Shown piece by piece: positions 1-5,245 of a DNA stretch of 5,245 nucleotides. Position numbers and translations under genes: made by a program. The notes beneath the pieces were generated by a model that searched no databases, was not told the DNA's origin, and saw nothing but the letters and a program-made list of their open reading frames with translations. Numbering within the stretch: position 1 is the first letter of the stretch; each line of letters begins with the position of its first letter. Source of the stretch: a virus (taxonomy: Duplodnaviria; Heunggongvirae; Uroviricota; Caudoviricetes); IMG/VR virus record IMGVR_UViG_2698536677_000001; one strand, given 5' to 3'.

Positions 1-86
1 CGGCAAACCGGGTACGCGATCTGTTGCCCTGGAAAGTTGATCTGAGCTCTCAGTAAATATCAATACGGTTCTGACGAGTCGCTTAC

Positions 87-707
87 AAAGTTAAAGACCT
101 GACGCCCGGCGAACTGACCGCTGAGTCCTATGACGACAGCTATCTCGATGATGAAGATGCAGACTGGACTGCGACCGGGCAGGGGCAGAAATCTGCCGGA
201 GATACCAGCTTCACGCTGGCGTGGATGCCCGGAGAGCAGGGGCAGCAGGCGCTGCTGGCGTGGTTTAATGAAGGCGATACCCGTGCCTATAAAATCCGCT
301 TCCCGAACGGCACGGTCGATGTGTTCCGTGGCTGGGTCAGCAGTATCGGTAAGGCGGTGACGGCGAAGGAAGTGATCACCCGCACGGTGAAAGTCACCAA
401 TGTGGGACGTCCGTCGATGGCAGAAGATCGCAGCACGGTGACGGCGACAACCGGCATGACGGTGACACCCGCCAGTGCTTCCGTAGTGAAAGGGCAGAGC
501 ACCACGCTGACCGTGGCATTCCAGCCGGAGGGCGCAACCGACAAGAGCTTCCGTGCGGTGTCTGCGGATAAAACAAAAGCCACCGTGTCGGTCAGTGGTA
601 TGACCATCACCGTGAAAGGTGTTGCTGCAGGCAAGGTCAACATTCCGGTCGTATCCGGTAATGGTGAGTTTGCTGCGGTTGCAGAAATCAACGTCACCGC
701 CAGTTAA
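87..707 (+). CDS. V: Major tail (tube) protein V, C-terminal ~207 codons; 5' part missing or disrupted in this window
   Basis: Frame-3 translation from 93 reads [49 protein letters not shown]..., matching lambda gpV, and ends ...[10 protein letters not shown] with TAA at 705-707. The 225..707 ORF in the track is the same frame. Upstream of ~87 the frame has stops at 54-56 and 72-74 and no in-frame ATG/GTG/TTG before 225, so no intact start is present. Confidence 0.85.
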   Translation, partial: KVKDLTPGELTAESYDDSYLDDEDADWTATGQGQKSAGDTSFTLAWMPGEQGQQALLAWFNEGDTRAYKIRFPNGTVDVFRGWVSSIGKAVTAKEVITRTVKVTNVGRPSMAEDRSTVTATTGMTVTPASASVVKGQSTTLTVAFQPEGATDKSFRAVSADKTKATVSVSGMTITVKGVAAGKVNIPVVSGNGEFAAVAEINVTAS

Positions 708-710
708 TCC

Positions 711-716
711 GGAGAG
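711..716 (+). promoter_or_regulatory. Shine-Dalgarno (GGAGAG) for G
   Basis: GGAGAG lies 6 nt upstream of the G ATG at 723. Confidence 0.6.
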
Positions 717-722
717 TCAGCG

Positions 723-1145
723 ATGTTCCTGAAAACCGAATCATTTGAACATAACGGTGTGACCGTCACGCTTTCTGAACTGTCAGCCCTGCAGCGTATT
801 GAGCATCTCGCCCTGATGAAACGGCAGGCAGAACAGGCGGAGTCAGACAGCAACCGGAAGTTTACTGTGGAAGACGCCATCAGAACCGGCGCGTTTCTGG
901 TGGCGATGTCCCTGTGGCATAACCATCCGCAGAAGACGCAGATGCCGTCCATGAATGAAGCCGTTAAACAGATTGAGCAGGAAGTGCTTACCACCTGGCC
1001 CACGGAGGCAATTTCTCATGCTGAAAACGTGGTGTACCGGCTGTCTGGTATGTATGAGTTTGTGGTGAATAATGCCCCTGAACAGACAGAGGACGCCGGG
1101 CCCGCAGAGCCTGTTTCTGCGGGAAAGTGTTCGACGGTGAGCTGA
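723..1145 (+). CDS. G: Tail assembly chaperone G
   Basis: 140-aa ORF MFLKTESFEHNGVTVTLSELSALQRIEHLALMKRQAEQ...SAGKCSTVS, recognised as lambda gpG; directly follows V and has a good SD. Confidence 0.93.
   Translation: MFLKTESFEHNGVTVTLSELSALQRIEHLALMKRQAEQAESDSNRKFTVEDAIRTGAFLVAMSLWHNHPQKTQMPSMNEAVKQIEQEVLTTWPTEAISHAENVVYRLSGMYEFVVNNAPEQTEDAGPAEPVSAGKCSTVS
1121..1127 (+). promoter_or_regulatory. Slippery heptamer G_GGA_AAG for the programmed -1 frameshift that fuses G to T
   Basis: GGGAAAG sits 6 codons before the G stop, read as G GGA AAG in the G frame. A -1 slip continues in the T frame (GTG TTC GAC ... = VFDGELSFALK) to the stop at 1559-1561. Confidence 0.85.
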
Positions 1146-1561
1146 GTTTTGCCCTGAAACTGGCGCGTGAGATGGGGCGACCCGACTGGCGTGCCATGCT
1201 TGCCGGGATGTCATCCACGGAGTATGCCGACTGGCACCGCTTTTACAGTACCCATTATTTTCATGATGTTCTGCTGGATATGCACTTTTCCGGGCTGACG
1301 TACACCGTGCTCAGCCTGTTTTTCAGCGATCCGGATATGCATCCGCTGGATTTCAGTCTGCTTAACCGGCGCGAGGCTGACGAAGAGCCTGAAGATGATG
1401 TGCTGATGCAGAAAGCGGCAGGGCTTGCCGGAGGTGTCCGCTTTGGCCCGGACGGGAATGAAGTTATCCCTACTTCCCCGGATGTGGCGGACATGACGGA
1501 GGATGACGTAATGCTGATGACAGTATCAGAAGGGATCGCAGGAGGAGTCCGGTATGGCTGA
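1127..1561 (+). CDS. T: Tail assembly protein T, expressed only as the G-T fusion (723..1561 with -1 shift at 1121-1127)
   Basis: Open frame 1127..1561 in the -1 frame relative to G, translating FDGELSFALKLAREMGRPDWRAMLAGMSSTEYADWHRFY..., recognised as lambda gpT. It has no independent ATG or SD, consistent with frameshift-dependent expression. Confidence 0.88.
   Translation: MFDGELSFALKLAREMGRPDWRAMLAGMSSTEYADWHRFYSTHYFHDVLLDMHFSGLTYTVLSLFFSDPDMHPLDFSLLNRREADEEPEDDVLMQKAAGLAGGVRFGPDGNEVIPTSPDVADMTEDDVMLMTVSEGIAGGVRYG
1540..1546 (+). promoter_or_regulatory. Shine-Dalgarno (AGGAGGA) for H
   Basis: AGGAGGA lies 7 nt upstream of the H ATG at 1554, inside the 3' end of T. Confidence 0.65.
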
Positions 1562-4115
1562 ACCGGTAGGCGATCTGGTCGTTGATTTGAGTCTGGATGC
1601 GGCCAGATTTGACGAGCAGATGGCCAGAGTCAGGCGTCATTTTTCCGGTACGGAAAGTGATGCGAAAAAAACAGCGGCAGTCGTTGAACAGTCGATGAAC
1701 CGGCAGGCGCTGGCTGCACAGAAAGCGGGAATTTCCGTCGGGCAGTATAAAGCCGCCATGCGTATGCTGCCTGCGCAGTTCACTGACGTGGCCACGCAGC
1801 TTGCAGGCGGGCAAAGTCCGTGGCTGATCCTGCTGCAACAGGGGGGGCAGGTGAAGGACTCCTTCGGCGGGATGATCCCCATGTTCCGGGGGCTTGCCGG
1901 TGCGATCACCCTGCCGATGGTGGGGGCCACCTCGCTGGCGGTGGCGACCGGTGCGCTGGCGTATGCCTGGTATCAGGGCAACTCAACCCTGTCCGATTTC
2001 AACAAAACGCTGGTCCTTTCCGGCAATCAGGCCGGGCTGACGGCAGATCGTATGCTGGTCCTGTCCAGAGCCGGGCAGGCGGCAGGGCTGACGTTTAACC
2101 AGACCAGCGAGTCACTCAGCGCACTGGTTAAGGCGGGGGTAAGCGGTGAGGCTCAGATTGCGTCCATCAGCCAGAGTGTGGCGCGTTTCTCCTCTGCATC
2201 CGGCGTGGAGGTGGACAAGGTCGCTGAAGCCTTCGGGAAGCTGACCACTGACCCGACGTCGGGGCTGACAGCGATGGCGCGCCAGTTCCATAACGTGACG
2301 GCGGAGCAGATTGCGTATGTTGCTCAGTTGCAGCGTTCCGGCGAAGAAGCCGGGGCATTGCAGGCGGCGAACGAGGCCGCGACGAAAGGGTTTGATGACC
2401 AGACCCGCCGCCTGAAAGAGAACATGGGCACGCTGGAAACCTGGGCAGACAGGACAGCACGGGCATTCAAATCCATGTGGGATGCGGTGCTGGATATTGG
2501 TCGTCCTGATACCGCGCAGGAGATGCTGATTAAGGCAGAGGCCGCGTTTAAGAAAGCGGACGATATCTGGAATCTGCGCAAGGATGATTATTTTGTTAAC
2601 GATGAAGCGCGGGCGCGTTACTGGGATGATCGTGAAAAGGCCCGTCTTGCGCTTGAAGCCGCCCGAAAGAAGGCTGAGCAGCAGAGTCAACAGGACAAAA
2701 ATGCGCAGCAGCAGAGCGATACCGAAGCGTCACGGCTGAAATATACCGAAGAGGCGCAGAAGGCTTACGAACGGCTGCAGACGCCGCTGGAGAAATATAC
2801 CGCCCGTCAGGAAGAACTGAACAAGGCACTGAAAGACGGGAAAATCCTGCAGGCGGATTACAACACGCTGATGGCGGCGGCGAAAAAGGATTATGAAGCG
2901 ACGCTGAAAAAGCCGAAACAGTCCGGCGTGAAGGTGTCTGCGGGCGATCGTCAGGAAGACAGTGCTCATGCTGCCCTGCTGACGCTTCAGGCAGAACTCC
3001 GGACGCTGGAGAAGCATGCCGGAGCGAATGAGAAAATCAGCCAGCAGCGCCGGGATTTGTGGAAGGCGGAGAGTCAGTTCGCGGTACTGGAGGAGGCGGC
3101 GCAACGTCGCCAGCTGTCTGCACAGGAGAAATCCCTGCTGGCGCATAAAGATGAGACGCTGGAGTACAAACGCCAGCTGGCTGCACTTGGCGACAAGGTT
3201 ACGTATCAGGAGCGCCTGAACGCGCTGGCGCAGCAGGCGGATAAATTCGCACAGCAGCAACGGGCAAAATGGGCCGCCATTGATGCGAAAAGCCGGGGGC
3301 TGACTGACCGGCAGGCAGAACGGGAAGCCACGGAACAGCGCCTGAAGGAACAGTATGGCGATAATCCGCTGGCGCTGAATAACGTCATGTCAGAGCAGAA
3401 AAAGACCTGGGCGGCTGAAGACCAGCTTCGCGGGAGCTGGATGGCAGGCCTGAAGTCCGGCTGGAGTGAGTGGGAAGAGAGCGCCACGGACAGTATGTCG
3501 CAGGTTAAAAGTGCAGCCACGCAGACCTTTGATGGTATTGCACAAAATATGGCGGCGATGCTGACCGGCAGTGAGCAGAACTGGCGCAGCTTCACCCGTT
3601 CCGTGCTGTCCATGATGACAGAAATTCTGCTTAAGCAGGCAATGGTGGGGATTGTCGGGAGTATCGGCAGCGCCATTGGCGGTGCTGCCAGTGGTGGAGC
3701 ATCCGCGTCAGGCGGTACAGCCATTCAGGCCGCTGCGGCGAAATTCCATTTTGCAACCGGAGGATTTACGGGAACCGGCGGCAAATATGAGCCAGCGGGG
3801 ATTGTTCACCGTGGTGAGTTTGTCTTCACGAAGGAGGCAACCAGCCGGATTGGCGTGGGGAATCTTTACCGGCTGATGCGCGGCTATGCCACCGGCGGTT
3901 ATGTCGGTACACCGGGCAGCATGGCAGACAGCCGGTCGCAGGCGTCCGGGACGTTTGAGCAGAATAACCATGTGGTGATTAACAACGACGGCACGAACGG
4001 GCAGATAGGTCCGGCTGCTCTGAAGGCGGTGTATGACATGGCCCGCAAGGGTGCCCGTGATGAAATTCAGACACAGATGCGTGATGGTGGCCTGTTCTCC
4101 GGAGGTGGACGATGA
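1554..4115 (+). CDS. H: Tail tape measure protein H
   Basis: 853-aa ORF MAEPVGDLVVDLSLDAARFDEQMARVRRHF...MRDGGLFSGGGR. Length and sequence are recognised as lambda gpH, with a central Ala/Gln/Glu/Lys-rich region and a Gly-rich C-terminal region. It overlaps the T stop by 8 nt. Confidence 0.96.
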   Translation: MAEPVGDLVVDLSLDAARFDEQMARVRRHFSGTESDAKKTAAVVEQSMNRQALAAQKAGISVGQYKAAMRMLPAQFTDVATQLAGGQSPWLILLQQGGQVKDSFGGMIPMFRGLAGAITLPMVGATSLAVATGALAYAWYQGNSTLSDFNKTLVLSGNQAGLTADRMLVLSRAGQAAGLTFNQTSESLSALVKAGVSGEAQIASISQSVARFSSASGVEVDKVAEAFGKLTTDPTSGLTAMARQFHNVTAEQIAYVAQLQRSGEEAGALQAANEAATKGFDDQTRRLKENMGTLETWADRTARAFKSMWDAVLDIGRPDTAQEMLIKAEAAFKKADDIWNLRKDDYFVNDEARARYWDDREKARLALEAARKKAEQQSQQDKNAQQQSDTEASRLKYTEEAQKAYERLQTPLEKYTARQEELNKALKDGKILQADYNTLMAAAKKDYEATLKKPKQSGVKVSAGDRQEDSAHAALLTLQAELRTLEKHAGANEKISQQRRDLWKAESQFAVLEEAAQRRQLSAQEKSLLAHKDETLEYKRQLAALGDKVTYQERLNALAQQADKFAQQQRAKWAAIDAKSRGLTDRQAEREATEQRLKEQYGDNPLALNNVMSEQKKTWAAEDQLRGSWMAGLKSGWSEWEESATDSMSQVKSAATQTFDGIAQNMAAMLTGSEQNWRSFTRSVLSMMTEILLKQAMVGIVGSIGSAIGGAASGGASASGGTAIQAAAAKFHFATGGFTGTGGKYEPAGIVHRGEFVFTKEATSRIGVGNLYRLMRGYATGGYVGTPGSMADSRSQASGTFEQNNHVVINNDGTNGQIGPAALKAVYDMARKGARDEIQTQMRDGGLFSGGGR
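4101..4105 (+). promoter_or_regulatory. Shine-Dalgarno (GGAGG) for M
   Basis: GGAGGTGG ends immediately upstream of the M ATG at 4112. Confidence 0.6.
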
Positions 4116-4441
4116 AGACCTTCCGCTGGAAAGTGAAACCCGGTATGGATGTGGCTTCGGTCCCTTCTGTAAGAAAGGTGCGCTTTGGTGATGGCTATTC
4201 TCAGCGAGCGCCTGCCGGGCTGAATGCCAACCTGAAAACGTACAGCGTGACGCTTTCTGTCCCCCGTGAGGAGGCCACGGTACTGGAGTCGTTTCTGGAA
4301 GAGCACGGGGGCTGGAAATCCTTTCTGTGGACGCCGCCTTATGAGTGGCGGCAGATAAAGGTGACCTGCGCAAAATGGTCGTCGCGGGTCAGTATGTTGC
4401 GTGTTGAGTTCAGCGCAGAGTTTGAACAGGTGGTGAACTGA
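4112..4441 (+). CDS. M: Tail tip/initiator complex protein M
   Basis: 109-aa ORF MKTFRWKVKPGMDVASVPSVRKVRFGDGYSQRAPAGL..., recognised as lambda gpM. Its ATG overlaps the H stop (ATGA). Confidence 0.94.
   Translation: MKTFRWKVKPGMDVASVPSVRKVRFGDGYSQRAPAGLNANLKTYSVTLSVPREEATVLESFLEEHGGWKSFLWTPPYEWRQIKVTCAKWSSRVSMLRVEFSAEFEQVVN
4428..4433 (+). promoter_or_regulatory. Shine-Dalgarno-like AGGTGG for L
   Basis: AGGTGG lies 7 nt upstream of the L ATG at 4441. Confidence 0.5.
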
Positions 4442-5139
4442 TGCAGGATATCCGGCAGGAAACACTGAATGAATGCACCCGTGCGGAGCAGTCGGCCAGC
4501 GTGGTGCTCTGGGAAATCGACCTGACAGAGGTCGGTGGAGAACGTTATTTTTTCTGTAATGAGCAGAACGAAAAAGGTGAGCCGGTCACCTGGCAGGGGC
4601 GACAGTATCAGCCGTATCCCATTCAGGGGAGCGGTTTTGAACTGAATGGCAAAGGCACCAGTACGCGCCCCACGCTGACGGTTTCTAACCTGTACGGTAT
4701 GGTCACCGGGATGGCGGAAGATATGCAGAGTCTGGTCGGCGGAACGGTGGTCCGGCGTAAGGTTTACGCCCGTTTTCTGGATGCGGTGAACTTCGTCAAC
4801 GGAAACAGTTATGCCGATCCGGAGCAGGAGGTGATCAGCCGCTGGCGCATTGAGCAGTGCAGCGAACTGAGCGCGGTGAGTGCCTCCTTTGTACTGTCCA
4901 CGCCGACGGAAACGGATGGCGCTGTTTTTCCGGGACGTATCATGCTGGCCAACACCTGCACCTGGACCTATCGCGGTGACGAGTGCGGTTATAGCGGTCC
5001 GGCTGTCGCGGATGAATATGACCAGCCAACGTCCGATATCACGAAGGATAAATGCAGCAAATGCCTGAGCGGTTGTAAGTTCCGCAATAACGTCGGCAAC
5101 TTTGGCGGCTTCCTTTCCATTAACAAACTTTCGCAGTAA
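4441..5139 (+). CDS. L: Tail tip protein L
   Basis: 232-aa ORF MQDIRQETLNECTRAEQSASVVLWEIDLTEVGGERYFF...FLSINKLSQ, recognised as lambda gpL. Its start overlaps the M stop (TGATG), and it has a C-terminal cysteine cluster. Confidence 0.94.
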   Translation: MQDIRQETLNECTRAEQSASVVLWEIDLTEVGGERYFFCNEQNEKGEPVTWQGRQYQPYPIQGSGFELNGKGTSTRPTLTVSNLYGMVTGMAEDMQSLVGGTVVRRKVYARFLDAVNFVNGNSYADPEQEVISRWRIEQCSELSAVSASFVLSTPTETDGAVFPGRIMLANTCTWTYRGDECGYSGPAVADEYDQPTSDITKDKCSKCLSGCKFRNNVGNFGGFLSINKLSQ

Positions 5140-5144
5140 ATCCC

Positions 5145-5245
5145 ATGACACAGACAGAATCAGCGATTCTGGCGCACGCCCGGCGATGTGCGCCAGCGGA
5201 GTCGTGCGGCTTCGTGGTAAGCACGCCGGAGGGGGAAAGATATTT
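5145..5245 (+). CDS. K: Tail tip assembly protein K, N-terminal 33 codons (runs off the 3' end of the window)
   Basis: ATG at 5145, 6 nt after the L stop; frame-3 translation MTQTESAILAHARRCAPAESCGFVVSTPEGERY matches the N-terminus of lambda gpK as I recall it. No clear SD upstream. Not in the ORF track because there is no stop inside the window. Confidence 0.8.
   Translation, partial: MTQTESAILAHARRCAPAESCGFVVSTPEGERY

Noticed and set aside
1-90. Open minus-strand frame across the 5' anomalous segment
   Set aside because: The frame is open from 90 down to 1, but it contains no ATG or GTG (only two TTG codons) and is bounded upstream by a stop at 91-93, so there is no support for a real leftward gene start.
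130-360. 76-aa + strand ORF in frame 1 overlapping V
   Set aside because: It is an alternative frame inside V with an Arg-rich, unstructured-looking translation and no SD; the V frame carries the recognisable protein.
896-903. Chi-like octamer TCTGGTGG
   Set aside because: It differs from the Chi consensus GCTGGTGG at the first base, so it is not a Chi site.
1841-1847. G7 homopolymer inside H (also A7 at 1665-1671)
   Set aside because: These are short runs within an intact reading frame, and the A7 is not positioned as an in-frame slippery heptamer. They are at most minor slippage hotspots, with no evidence of phase variation.
1820-2098. Same-strand alternative-frame ORFs inside H (1820..2098, 3016..3219, 3652..3876)
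   Set aside because: They are out of frame within H, with Gly/Arg-rich translations expected from frame-shifted GC-rich sequence; no support for overlapping genes.
2112-4373. Several minus-strand ORFs inside H (2112..2690, 2730..3260, 3206..3724, 3708..4373)
   Set aside because: All are embedded antisense to the H coding sequence and have Arg/Leu/Cys/Pro-rich, low-complexity translations. No known lambda genes are antisense here.
4339-5151. 270-aa ORF on the minus strand, antisense to L
   Set aside because: It lies entirely within the well-supported L gene on the opposite strand, has no recognisable start context, and its Arg-rich translation is typical of antisense reading of GC-rich coding sequence.

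Overview
This window is the tail-morphogenesis block of bacteriophage lambda or a near-identical lambdoid prophage, all on the + strand: V (C-terminal part) - G - T (made as a G-T fusion by -1 frameshift) - H (tape measure) - M - L - K (5' end only). The proteins were recognised by reading the ORF-track translations against remembered lambda sequences; no alignment was run, so exact identity to lambda is unverified. Genes are tightly packed with overlapping stop/start codons, as expected for the lambda late operon. I found no RNA genes, CRISPR arrays, mobile elements or defence-like cargo, and no convincing evidence of a novel system. The one real anomaly is at the 5' edge: positions 1-86 do not encode the expected V N-terminal region and carry stop codons in all three forward frames. 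Other findings are known lambda biology that can be seen directly in the sequence.
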